The notes below the pieces were generated by a model. That model worked only from the letters and a program-made list of their open reading frames with translations. It was not told where the DNA came from and did no database searches. The translations under genes were made by a program, and so were the position numbers. Source: Arsenophonus sp. NC-PE1-MAG3 (GTDB lineage Bacteria; Pseudomonadota; Gammaproteobacteria; Enterobacterales; Enterobacteriaceae). Taken from it: a stretch of DNA of 64,000 nucleotides. Below, in pieces: positions 49,480-62,236 of this stretch (position 1 is its first letter; each line of letters begins with the position of its first letter). The stretch is taken from NCBI GenBank assembly GCA_052174455.1, contig JBQMRP010000057.1:42778-106777 (forward strand), read 5' to 3'.

Positions 49480-50340
49480 AAGCATCATTAGAAGATTAAA
49501 ATAGCAATGACTTGAAAAGCATAAACAATGGTGATGCCTGCGTGATTTAAACAATACGGGTACGTTTATTTCTGCACTAAAGATATATGCCGTTATATCA
49601 GGTAAGCTGACTGCCTTTATCTACTATTGATTATCGGCGCAGTAGATGGATGGTAATAAACTTGTTGCGAACGAAAATGGTTATCGAGAATCAGAAGCGA
49701 ACTTAGCTGAACTTTTGGATGACTACGCAAACGGTGCGCCGCCTTAACCATATTTCCTAGACTTGCTATGGGATACAGTGTTTTAGTTTTTAAAATGTAA
49801 TGGTAAAAATATTTCAGGATACGAAGCATCAATGTTATTGGGTACACAAAAAACAAACAGCTAATGTGCTGGTGCTTTATTTTCCATAGGTGTAAAACTA
49901 AAAGTTAAGAGTGAGAACTATAAGTGGGAGCTCTGTCTAACAAAGAGCTATGATACGCTAACAGAGATCTTTATGTTTCTTTCAAGGTTTTTAGCATTTC
50001 ATTCAGCGATGAAGATACTGGAAAAGAGAGAGAAGAATGACTGATATTCTAGAATTTCCCGTTAATATACTGGGTATTAAGAAAAACTACGAATCTGAAT
50101 TGAATTGGGTTTTGTAATAGTTAGGATACAGAAACTGATGTGCGAACCACCGCAATTCGAAAAAAAATGATCCTTTCAATAGCATCTAAACTATTATAGT
50201 TCTGCTTAGAAAGCAAAAAACCGACTCAGAAATTTAATCTGTTTACTTTGATGGTAAACAATATTTAATTTAAAAATTGAAAAATCCTCACACAGGATAA
50301 AAGCGAATCTAATTCTTAGATATAAGACTTACTAATAGTT
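49480..50340 (+). mobile_element. IS256-family element, 5'-truncated (right 860 bp or so)
   Basis: Colinear with positions from about 570 to the end of the full copies (…AATGGTGATGCCTGCGTGATTTAAACAATACGGG… to …GACTTACTAATAGTT). Confidence 0.75.
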
Positions 50341-50494
50341 AATTAAATTATAAATTTATTATTTAATAAATACTCTTCGATTACTTTATTTTTATTTTCA
50401 ATACTTAATTTACTTTTAAAATATAACTATTATAAATAGCTGCTACTATGAAATAGTGGTTATTAAAATATAAAAATAATTTTTACTATTTGAT

Positions 50495-52487
50495 AGTTAG
50501 GAAATTAAATCGCTCTTTAAGTGAAGAATAAAAACTATCCTTTTGCTAAAAGCAGATAAAATTTGTTTACTGACTAAATTTATTAAAAGTTAAAATTCCA
50601 TCTGAGTCTGTATTTTTAACCTAATTAACTAATTTAGAAAATTAATCATATGTTTATCTTAATAAAAATCGTTTTTTCATTTTATCCATTCTTTAGAATA
50701 ATAATTCTATTATTTGTTTGATAAAATGAGTATCAATAAAAATAACCTGTTAGCACATAGAATACATTTCCAGAAATCTTATGCGTAGAAATCTTTTCAT
50801 CAAAACGGTAATCTCCGATTTTTCCAGTTTTACAATCTCTTATTTTCAGGCCTTATACATCTTCAATAATAGTGCGACTCATTTACTATTCAAAAAAAAT
50901 CTATATAACACAGGATTTTAAAATGCCTAGTTGGGATATTGGTAACTATAGCACCCGATCATCTCTTCCTATGTCAGAGTCTATGCCGATATTATTTAAT
51001 CTAGTGGTTATAGTAATAATATACAACTATTCCAATCCCTTCAGTAATGCTGCAGTTTTGAAGTAGATGCCGTGAATTTAAGATAAGGAATAACCGAGGT
51101 ATTTCACACTATGTCACTTTCTTTTGTCTTTTTATCGAAATACACTTTCCAGTAATATGCGTACTCTGGATTTAGGTAACGCTGTCACTGTTTCCTGAAG
51201 TGGATACGACAGAGACTAGTAACAACTGAAATTTATAAGGTCATAGTTGTAACGCAGAAGCCGAATGACAAAATCTCTCCAGATTACTTCGACCATCTTT
51301 TTTTGAAGAATAGCTAACTTATAACAGTATATTAATATCTAGACCGACAGGAATGAGGAAAAATGAACATGCGGATATTGATTGAGTTATCAACCAATAA
51401 GTGTGCAAAGCACAGAAGATATCAATTTTAATATCTTGTTTACATTCTTACTTTAATATAGCCCACTACCGGGCTCAAAACAGAGCGTTGAAACTCTATT
51501 ATCAGTTATTTTTGAAAAGAATAAAAAAGATAGACATAGTAAAAGTAATATGTTGCTAATTGCAGTCGGATAAAATATGAATTCGCTATCCTAATTACTT
51601 CTTGGTAGTTTTGAAGCCATATAAAATCCAGACTTTTGACTTACAGATTTGGCAGAAAACAGTTATGAGATGTTTCAGTAGGAAACATGGCAGTAGAGAC
51701 AACCAGATAAATTCCATGACACAAAGTGTTACAGGGAAACGTCGCTCTATAGAGCAACAAGTCTACGAATTGATATTTTTACTGTGTTTTTCAAAAAATT
51801 TATTCCAGATATCATCAATGGTGAAAACCAATTTAGTTTGTTTTTGAGGATATACATTTGGGGTAAATTACTCTTTGGATATATTATCAAAGAAATAGAA
51901 ATTGTCATTCTGTCTACATTTATCAAGTCTATCTCCCTCAGTTATTTTTATGTTTATCTAGTGGCTAAGCTAAGGAGGCGTGGATTATTCGTAATTCCCT
52001 ATAGGTGATGAATTCATCGGCAAATATATTTTCGGCCCATTGTTGTTCTTAATACAGTTGTATCTCCAACGTTATTAACTTAAAGGCCTTCTTTCTAAAT
52101 GTTACTAAAACCCCAGATAATCGTGATTAATATTGCGTATCAAGAAAAAATTAGAACTGAAGTGAGTCGGACGCATTGCTGTATGGCTTCTTTTATTAGG
52201 TGTCATAAAAATTTTAGTCAATCTATCATTATTAATTTCGAAAAGAATATCTATAAAAATCTTCAAATAGTGCAGTAATTTAACATATGAAGTCGCATAT
52301 TATCTTCCTAATTTTAACCAATTTATACTTTCTAGAATGGAATTCGTACTGAGCCATCTGAGAATGAATTTCTGAAAAAAATTTATATATCGCATAGTAT
52401 AAAATGCTACTCAAATAATGAATCTGCACGAAATAACCTAGCTGTGCTACTTTCACCATATTGAATTACGTTTAATTTAAGTGACAG
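50495..52487 (-). mobile_element. Decayed reverse-transcriptase element (group II intron IEP-like), copy 2
   Basis: Colinear with 42067-44005. The minus strand gives FQKFILRWLSTNSILESINWLKLG (RT0-like), IFMTPNKRSHTA (like LGIPT..DR..Q.A), WLSLLPCFLLKHLITVF (RT4-like) and ILYGF at the YADD position. The 5' end lies a few nt after the mukB pseudogene stop. Confidence 0.5.
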
Positions 52488-52491
52488 TAGA

Positions 52492-55400
52492 TTATATTTT
52501 AACTGTTTCTTTTCTTGGAAAAGATCTTTTAAAACAATAATGTGTACACATACTTTTGTTGACTAAAGACTTTATGTACCATTTTATAAGTCGTTCATTT
52601 TTCCGGACTTATATTTTCAGGCGCAGCAGTAATTGATTACTTTTAACCGTTAAAAAATTAAAACAGTGTTGCAATCGATTCATATTTAATCTAATCTATT
52701 CATACAGTAATAAGAGCCTATAAGGTAAATTTACCTCAGTAATCGTTGTGACTCTTCTTCTTAACTCTATAGAGCATCACCAAATTAACATGCCTCTATT
52801 AATCACTTTCTCTCGTCAACAAGGCTTACTTTCTATTTTTAGTAAACACTTCAAAACTATAATTAACTTAAAAATAATAATTCTAAAGAATTATGATAAT
52901 CAAGTAACTCTTTACTAAGAGTTTATAGTAACCATTGTCCAATATCTATCTAAGGGTTTAAATATTGATAAAGCTTTGCTATTGCTTTAGCAAATATCAG
53001 ATTTTTTAAACAGATCCTAATGATGTGTGCACTATTTTAACAACACATCAAGCGGGATTCATGACTTTGTTGAATATTAATATTAAGCGGAACTTCTTTA
53101 CCTATTCAAAAAAACAGACTATGCTTACTTGCTTAAGTAAGCAGATGCAATTTTGCTCATGATAAATTGTTTTACGAATAATATTTTCCACACTCTTGGT
53201 ATATAATGACTAATTTTTGTTCACTAGCTATCAGGCGTGATAATTTAATTTATATTTTTTAATGGAATAAAGCGAATCATCAGTTCAGATAATTCTTATC
53301 GAATACACTTCACGCAAATGTTAATAAACAGCTAGAAAAACATCATTACAAATCTCGCGATTTAAGATCTTCAAAGGCATGGTGTTGAATACATCTCGTA
53401 ATATTAATTATCTGCTACGATTGTCTAAGATCACCTAATGCTTTATCTGATATCAGACGTAAATTATTGCCATCCATATAGCCAATTCACGTCAATGTAA
53501 CCGACATTCAATACCATTCTCTCTAATTATATGCACGCTTAGAGTATACCATCAAGATATACCTGATACCACTGGTCGCAAAGTTTCTAATAGTTCCGTT
53601 TAATTTATGTAATTTTCTGCCAATTGTTTATTTCAATTTTATAAATTGTGATCTATTTTTCCAATTACTTGATACGCAAGAGATTATCAATGAATGCCTA
53701 ATAAAAGCGATCTCAGTATTCGTGTTCCTGTTTTCAGAATTACTATCTTCCTGAACACGTAAATCACTTTTATTTCAGCCTCAATGCTCTTAGCATATCC
53801 TGCTTAGTTTTAAAGAGTTATTCAGTAAAGCTAATAGTTAATTAAATCGCGCAAAATTTTACTTTATTGCTGCCTTAGCTGTTAACGTATCTAATTAAGC
53901 TCTTTTTATCCTGTTTCTAGACGCTGACGGAGTTTATTATTTAAATCTGAATTTTTTGATACCATTTCTATTAAGTCACTATAACTAAAATAATCTTAAC
54001 GTTAAATAACCTGTATTAAAGCAAAAGATTGCTGTTTGGATTGTTGCTGTAACTGCTTAACTTGTTCATATTCATGATATAATTGATCTCTTAATCAGTA
54101 GATCAATTTGTAGGATATTATCTATCAACTCTAATTTTGATAGCGATTTACATTTTCTAACGATTTGCATGTTTATTCAAAAAGCGCCCAGCTTTTTCTG
54201 GTTCTATAAGTTCTTTAGCGATTTCTTCAATCCGATTAACTAGCGTTTCATCCATTAGTAAATTAATATTAAGCAACAATTGATTTAAACTTAATAAACA
54301 TTACTTTAACCTAAGTAATATTACTATTTTTTTGTTGTATTTAAGCTTCAAATTGTGCTAACTGTCGCTTAAATTCATCTCTATGCTAGTTTAACGAATA
54401 AATTTAACCTTTGAATCTACATCAAAAGCTATCGACAGATTTTTGCTAATAAAATCACTAAATGTATCATGAGCTCGTTGTGATTTCTGCATCTTAATAA
54501 AGAAGGGGTATAGCGTTAAATTAACGTATCTCTCTTAGATTAATATTTCTACCTAATTTCACGAACCACCAAATCAAATAGAGGTCTTTAGACTAATTAA
54601 AAAACACAATTAATATTCTTAAGATCGAACTAATACTGCCTAATTAAATTTTTCTCGTTAAAAACGCTATAATTAAAAAATTACGGATCACTTTCAATAA
54701 AATACACATAATCTAGTTATTCGTAAATCAATTCACTAAGTTATGAATGAATTATTACTAGTTCAGGAACAATAATACTATCTCTATGCTGGATCATAAA
54801 CCGTTGAAAATAAGATGCAAACTCGATAATAATATTATCATAAATTTCAGATTATATAAAATACTAACAAACCATTTAATCAAACCAAGTAAATGGTTAT
54901 TATTAAGGCGGACCCCCGATTAATTTACTAAAATTGCTATATGTTACTATAATTTACGTTTTTAACTGCTGATTTCAGACGTTCAAGGCTGCAATATCAA
55001 GTTCTTATTCTAACAATTATTGTAGATGTTCAGTAATTTTATAACTATGACTAAACTATCAAATTGCCTGCATAGTTGATTAATTATGCGTTTATTTTCA
55101 CTTTCAGATAAATAGGTACTTTTTAGTTAACATTTAAATTTTCTGTTTAATTTACTCTAATTCTTATTCCATTAATATACTATTTTTACTATTTTAATAA
55201 TAAAAACAATTACTTCCTATTTTAAGCTACTAATATTCGTCCAGTAATATGCTAACCTTAATTAGCTGATATTGCTATTTAGCATAAAAATAACATTTTG
55301 ATAAATTGCATTGTTTATCTTCTTACTATTAAATTTTTTCCAATTCACCTAATAACATCTGTAAACCGCTCAATACATTTAGCAAAATGTTTATTATAAC

Positions 55401-56250
55401 ACCACAATCGCGCAACAATTCACATTCTTTTTGATAAGCCTTATTCTGTTTTATCTCACTGCCAAGCTTATAACTAAGTTATAAGCTTGGTCAAATTGAT
55501 TAATCGCTACGGCAATCACGCTAATATTCTTCGTTAAAACAAATAATTTTTGGTATTCTATTGCTTTTTTTTTAAAAAATTAATTAAAAACTATTTGATA
55601 TTATTTGACATTAGTTTAAGGCATTTAGCAAATTCTTTCTATTAGTTCTAATTTTTGCTAAGCTTTTTGATATTAAATTACACGCATCTACTGAATATCC
55701 AACGCTTACTGATAATCAGAAATTTAGCTTTTTATATCATCAACTTCTAATTTCAGCCACATAAAATTTAGTTTCAAGCTTAGTTTTCTACTCCAATGTT
55801 TGCTCAACAACTTCACTTTACTCTTTTAGACAATAAATGGTTATCTCTTCAATATCTGCTTGATAACGATTAATTTTTCTTGCTGACGTACTGCGAATTG
55901 CACTAACTCCAGATGATCAGTGATTGCCTGAAATTAACTTCTAAATCTAATGAAGAACTATTTTTTCATACAGTTCATGTACCATTTTAACATGAGGAGT
56001 CTGAACAATTATTAGTTGTATAGAGCCGTTAAATAATTCCACTCAAACAATAAATACACTATCTAGATACATACGACGCTCATTACCATGCTGCATATAA
56101 TCAGCAAACGTAATCTGTTATTTATTTTCCATCGGTTAATGATAAGCTATCTTTAATGACATAGCTTCAAAATTATGGATCATCCATAATTTAGTTTTCT
56201 GTGGATTATTGCCACTACATACATCACCACCAAAAACAAAAAAGGTTCAG
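52492..56250 (-). pseudogene. mukB: chromosome partition protein MukB pseudogene, missing about 225 N-terminal codons
   Basis: The minus strand reads FGGDVCSG...ADYMQHGNERRMYLD (MukB YGGISS...ADYMRHANERRVHLD), LMDETLVNRIEEIAKELIEPEKAGRF ([26 protein letters not shown], 54180-54260) and MLIWWCSIELRRRV...YRLLLLYE.IRLN...LIKWYIKSL (MSILVMVVQSWEDESRRL...CRLLFLDEAARLD...YKLVRKVF). Dozens of stops and frameshifts. Confidence 0.85.
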
Positions 56251-56294
56251 TGAACATAAAACAATGACTATTATTTTATAATAATAAATTATTC

Positions 56295-56800
56295 TTAATT
56301 GATATAGATGATTAAGCGAAGTACGAATTTTTTTTAATTTTTATTTATCCAAATAATCCTTCCTGTTGAAGGATTATTAACAAATTTAAGTAATTTACTT
56401 TGATCTGCTAGTAAAAACAGTTATTCAAATAGTGGACTCCCTTTTTTTCACAGTAAAATACCATAATTCAGAAATTTTTCGGTCTTATAAAAATAAGAAA
56501 GAGTTTTACCAAGCAAAATAATCTATTTAAAATAAAATTAAGAGAGGAATTAATATGTTCGAGTGTAATCATAATAGAAAACTTTTCTCCACACATGGGA
56601 TGATCAACTAAACATTTTATCGAGCATAAAATTAGTTAATTTCTATTCAAAATCCATAAAAATGCATGATGATCAATATAATTGCAAATATGATACCTAG
56701 CTCGAAGCTAGAGATCCTTAATTCAAGGAAAAGAGAACTAACTAAAGCTTGTGCTAAATTTACTAATATAAATGTTCAATATTTAATAATAACATACGTC
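56295..56800 (-). pseudogene. mukE: MukE pseudogene, C-terminal third deleted
   Basis: LVNLAQALVSSLFLEL...FYAR.NV.LIIPCVEKSFLL.LHSNILIPLLILF...SKLLKFVNNPSTG...KKFVLRLIIYIN, colinear with E. coli MukE (VKLAQALANPLFPAL...[32 protein letters not shown]...AKLLKLVNNRSTG...EKVRSSLNRLRRL). Confidence 0.8.
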
Positions 56801-58112
56801 TGGTATCTTGCTCCATAATCATTAATAGCTATTCATCCAGATGAATAGCCTGAGAAATCCGTTTTTCTATATCTAAATTAGATGTCTGATTGACAGTAAT
56901 ATGCGCAATAGCAAAATGCTGTTTCTGTATATTTTAGTAAAAAGTCAAGTAATATTAAATCAGCATCAAAATAGATGATGATCTTGCTTATAACTAGACT
57001 ATACCTTCTCTATCATCTCAATAAGTTTTTCATTAATCTCATTAAATTTTTTACATTCTAGTTGAGCTAATAGCTCACTAGTCATTTCTTTATTAATCAA
57101 TACTAAATTTTCATCAAGCACATCAATAATCGTTTCAATATTAGATATCATTAATATCTATGGATCGGCAAAATGATTTTTTATAAGAGCTATAACCGTT
57201 ACAGAAATATTCTATTTTTATCCATATCGATAGCAGTACAAATAAATTTGTTCACATGCCGATCATATGCAATCCAGAAATCGATAGATTGTTAATCAGA
57301 GCTAATAATTCGATCAAACTTACTTTATAAATTAAATATTAGCTTATCAGTCAATTCTGAACCCACTTCTCCTCTCCCTACCATTGATACTCACTTCTTA
57401 GATAGGTAAGAGAAATTAGTCTGTAATTTATCACCGCCTGGTTCCAGCGTATCTTGTAATTTACGTAATATGCTTGAACTTTCTGTTAAAAGTTGTTCAC
57501 AACTGACAATCGCTGTCTGCTACTCTCTCCTGAATAAGTAATTCAAAGATGCCTTTTCTTTACGCTATTTTATCTTTTCATCCATTACACACTGCGAGAT
57601 ATCAATACTAACAAAAATTTTTTCTACTGAATATTTTCATGACGTAAACAGATTATGATGCCAATGAAATTTATCTACTATTTTCCTGCAGAATCTGTCG
57701 CTCAACTTAATTCACTAGCTATAATAGAATATTGCATAGATAAACTTAAGGAAGAAAACTCCCTTTAGCGAATAATAATTCGCTGATACCTATAGCGAGT
57801 TTTGTCAAACGACAAATTACATTATTTTCAATATTTTACTAAAAAATAATTAAATAATTTTTTCCTTACTGTGTCATTAATAACATTATTAGTTCTAGCG
57901 GTAACCGTCTCTGCGGTCAGCTCGAATCCTTATTAATTTCACGAAAAACATCAACTAATTTACCTTCGCTTATTTAATCATTATGCGCTCAGTATTGAGA
58001 ACAGCAATAGTCAATAAAAATCAGACGCTCAACGGTAATGTTATTGCAAAAATAATTTTTCAGCGCTTAGGATACTAATTTCAGAATAATCTAAAATTTA
58101 TCCATAATTCAT
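56776..58112 (-). pseudogene. mukF: MukF pseudogene
   Basis: FAITLPLSV.FLLTIAVLNTER (N-terminus), [29 protein letters not shown] (57210-57292), ECKKFNEINEKLIEMIE, and the C-terminus IAINDYGARYQTYVIIKY-stop. Colinear with E. coli MukF, with many stops. Confidence 0.88.
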
Positions 58113-58119
58113 CCTTTTT

Positions 58120-58887
58120 TTTTTAAAAAAATTTACGTTACATAACGTAAATATAGCGTCACAGATTAATATAGGGTTATTGTCGACAATAACGATGCTC
58201 CAAAAAAATAAATGACACTAGAAAATCTTTATTTTGTAACTGATATTTTACATATAATCATAAAAATCCGTATACTTCTTTTACTAACTATTTTAAAATT
58301 AAATTCTTCTAGTCATTGATATACTTTTCTGATAACAATGAATTTACAGATGCAAGTGAACCTTTGCAGCGTTATTAAATATTAGATGTATCGATAAATA
58401 GCAGCTACTTAATACAGAATTTTTATCACTAACTCATTCTCATCATAAAACATGACAGAAAGTGCGCAACCTAGGTTAATTATATCCACTAAAGTTTTTA
58501 TTGCAGATTTTTGTTCACTGATCTATTTAATAACTGCATAAAACAAGACTAAATCAACGATTCTCGTTTCTGTTAAATATTAAGCAATCTCCTAAACAGG
58601 AGAGTGAATAAATTGTATATTTTAACTTACTTTTTTTCAGCTAACAATTCAGCGTGTTCAAACAATATTGCTGAATTACCATAAATTATAACTTAAAGCT
58701 CCATCGCAGAAAACTTATTAGTAAAAACCCTCTCTTAAACTCACTTGCCTTTAAATAGCTTTAAAGACTTATTAAGGAAAAATTAATAATGGCTTTAAAT
58801 ACTGACAAATAATAGATTCACGTATTTCCCCTCTGTTATAAGATAAATATCCTGTATAAACTTATCTGCAATATCATTAAATTGCAT
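58120..58887 (-). pseudogene. cmoM: tRNA uridine carboxymethoxy methyltransferase (CmoM/SmtA) pseudogene
   Basis: MQFNDIADKFIQDIYLITEGK (like MQDRNFDDIAEKFSRNIYGTTKG) at 58825-58887 and EHRYCRQ.PYINL.RYIYVM (like ETRYCRQEPYITLGRYIHVT) at 58141-58200. Upstream of mukF as in E. coli. Confidence 0.75.
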
Positions 58888-58999
58888 TTTACCATAGAAA
58901 ACCCTGATACTACTATTATAAAACTTAATCAGTATTAACGATAAAAAATATCTATTTAACAAGTACATTTATTAAATATCACCTTATCCAGTAAGATAA

Positions 59000-59829
59000 T
59001 ATGTTTTTTAAATAATTTAAGTTTAACCTTGAACCAATCTTTCATAGACTGCAATGGATCTTAATTACCTAATAGTAATTGTGGTAATTCTTTATTGTGC
59101 AGCAAATCTATTGATATAGAGTGATTTTAAATTTTTAACCAGAATTAAAATAATGAATTTACAGTTCATCTTCTATAACATCTATTAAATTACTAGACCA
59201 CCTCATTTATTTGAGGATATGTCAGCGGGATAAAGTCGGTGTTCTATATCAAACTATACATACAAACGATCGAATTCATATTTTCAGTGGTTAACCGCCT
59301 TTCAGATTAAAAAAAAGGCAATCTATAAATTCTTTGCTATTGTTTGCAAGTATGCGATGGATAATCATAGGAATGAGACGTAATTAGTTCAAATCACGTA
59401 ATAAAGTTTAAGTGTTAACTACAGTCTCGTTATTAGTAAAGATAAATAACAACCCATCAATGGACGTGCACTCTATACCTATAAAAAGATAACGTCGTAA
59501 AGTTTTATTTGGTATTTGCGAAAGATATTTACATCTACGTGCAGCTAAGCAGACATAGCTTTTAAATGCTTTATGTTTCAGCTTCTATGGTTCTTCTCCT
59601 GCCTCATTTCACAAAAATTTCCCACTCTGGTATGGGGATAGATCTCCTGCATAAACAGCGATGACTGGCTAACTCTAAATACAACGGGGTTAAAAATTCG
59701 CATACATCTACCAACAGATAGATGAATGAAAGAAAACCATTTCCACAAGAAAATAACTATACTGGGCTTCCATTTTGTCTAGCAACAACATCGTCAGAAA
59801 ACGATGGGGAATATGGTATGTAATCATCA
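59000..59829 (-). mobile_element. rve-type (IS481-like) IS, right two-thirds (outer layer of a triple nest)
   Basis: Colinear with 26742-27420 and 41657-42066+44006-44390. Ends at ...GTAATCATCA, where the IS1595 copy begins. Confidence 0.6.
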
Positions 59830-60264
59830 GGCTATGTTTATAACAGTTATTGGTAGACTTCTTATACTATAAAAAGTATTTTCGCTATAACAATTACCAT
59901 GAAAAGCAACCAGTCATAAAAATTAAAGAGACTCCACTTATTCCCTATCGAAAATAAAACTGTATATCATTACATGACTCGGCGACAATATGTATAGATG
60001 ATATCAATTTATAACATTGAAGTAATTTATTCCACTTTTATTACCGCTCACATTGTCACAGTGAACATGTTATCCGGTAGGAACATTAATTAGAGTTACA
60101 GCAATACCATTAAAAATCTCCAATTACAAAAAACCATTTAATGATCTTACTAGGAAATCCTATGGCAAAAGTACATCATAAGGATAAATTCTTTAGTTAT
60201 TTTCAATGTACGTTGTATAACTTGACTATATAGGATAAGAAAAAAAATAAACAATCATTAATTT
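59830..60264 (+). mobile_element. IS1595-family element, left part (middle layer)
   Basis: Starts GGCTATGTTTATAACAG. Colinear with 46933-47350. Broken at ATTAATTT by the IS256 copy. Confidence 0.7.
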
Positions 60265-61632
60265 AGAGTTATGCTTATTTCTGGTATATGAAGTTTCAGA
60301 GATAATAACAAACTCCTTCCTTCTAATTGATTTCGTATATGATTTTAACAAAATAAATATGATATGCCATAAAATTTATCCTACAGATATTCATAAAACT
60401 AGATATTAGCTCTAATTTTTACATGAACTTATTTGTAATAATAGCAGATAGTTGATAGGAACCACTGTTAAGGCGAAAGCTTGAAGCCATGCTGCGAGAA
60501 AATGCTAAACGTCGTCCTTACCATTGTTCGTAAGATTATGTGATACAATAAACTATACAGACGGGATTCACGATATTGAGACTAAAGTGCCGAAGGTCAG
60601 AATCACAACGTCAACGGAATATCCTTGACAATTTATTAATACCATCTTATCTAAAATGTACAAAAAAAACGTTAAAGATCTTCTACCATAGCCTACCCGG
60701 CAAGACATCTCCACCGGAATTTTTTATGAAGCTCTTGGCGATTTTCTTGGTAAAAAAACATATTATTTCTCTGCTAGTAGCATTAGGAGACTGAATACAG
60801 CAATAGCTTAAAACCTGCAGATAATGTCGGCTGCGTAATTTAGCGATAAACACTATGTTTATTTCTTATCTTAAGGCATACGTGATTCTATTATGCAACC
60901 TGAACACATTTGCCTACTTATTCATTATTGACTCAGTTAACGTGGACATAAGAAGCTCATTGCAGTTAAAGATGGTTATAAAAATTCAGAAGCAAGCTTG
61001 TCATAACTTTTTAATAACTTGTGAAGGCGTAGATTAACCATATTTCCTAAAATTGCCAAGGAGAGCATCCGTACCATTAGTTTTTGGAATTCAATAGTAA
61101 AAACGTTCCAGGGTAGATAGTACTAACGCACTGTTTGGTACTATAAAACAGTTAATATCCTGCCTTAACTTCATAAATATATGTAACAAAAAGTTAAGAC
61201 TGTATAAGATTATAAGGAGATCTGGCTAGCATAGAGCTATAATATTACTAATAAAGCCCTTGATATTTTGTTGGCAAGATTTTTAGCGTATCCTGCAGAG
61301 CGATAAAGAAGCTAGAAAAGATAAAGAAGAACGGCTGACATTCTACGATTACCATTAGTGTACTTGGCGTCCAATAAAAATAATCAATTCGATTAAAATT
61401 GTCTTTTCCGAGAATCAGGATACGAATCTCATTCGTAAACCGCTGTAGTTCGAAAAAATAACCGTTTAATGGTATTTAAGCTGCTCTAGTTTACGTAGAA
61501 AAATGAAACTGAGTAAGGGAATTTAAACTGCTAATCCTATAAGGTAAATAATATTCAATTTAAAGATGGAGAATAGATTCACGAAGTATCAGAGTGCAAT
61601 TGACTGTCATGTATTAAATTTGGTAATAACTA
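60265..61632 (+). mobile_element. IS256-family element (about 1.37 kb), decayed (inner layer)
   Basis: The ends are GAGTTATGCTTATTTCTGGTATATGAAGTTTCAGAG and ...AAATTTGGTAATAACTA. The 8-bp direct repeat ATTAATTT lies at 60257-60264 and 61633-61640. Confidence 0.88.
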
Positions 61633-62236
61633 ATTAATTTTAAAAAACATTTAAATGGCGGCACAACTTCCCTGTAAGTTTGCGAAAACTAAGATAAACG
61701 TATTATGTTGTATTGTTTAACCTCGAAAATCATTTTTTTCTGAACCCTTTAAAGGTAAGTACTATTTTCCATATAGAAAAACTAGAAAATACAGGAGAGG
61801 AGTAGATGAAAGGAAAGAAAGAATCGTGGTCCTAATCGCCAGAGATCGACAGAATTATATGATCTATTAGATTATTAAAGAATTTAATGCAGAGTGCATT
61901 AGTTATATTCTTTAACCAATCATAGATAAATAGTGCATCTTTTTCTCGGATGGATATAAATGGTGTGAAACCTTTTCTAGATGTTATAAAATTACTCACC
62001 ATCATTTAATAAATTTTATTATTAATAGAATTATTAGTAATAAATTCCACATAAAAATACAATTTTATACCAGTCTATTAAAAGGATGGCTAAATAACTA
62101 CTATCATGGAGTAGAGTCGTTTTATTTACCGAATTCTCTGGCTAGAGAAGATTATTTTAAATCAGAACAATTTAAATACATAATCGTGGATAAATTTGCT
62201 CTGTTAGAAAAGCTATAACCTTTATCAACATAGCTG
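61633..62236 (+). mobile_element. IS1595-family element, right part
   Basis: Colinear with 47350-47955 (…GAAAAACTAGAAAATAC…TTTAATGCAGAGTGCATTAG…). Ends ...CAACATAGCTG. Confidence 0.7.

Noticed and set aside
52488-53040. Possible 5' ribozyme part (domains I-III) of a full-length group II intron for RT copy 2; a GTGCAC motif on the minus strand near 53020-53030 was tempting.
   Set aside because: The minus strand of 52492-52900 translates colinearly as the MukB C-terminus (MSILVMVVQSW...RLLFLDEAARLD...YKLVRKVF equivalents), so this DNA is mukB and not intron.
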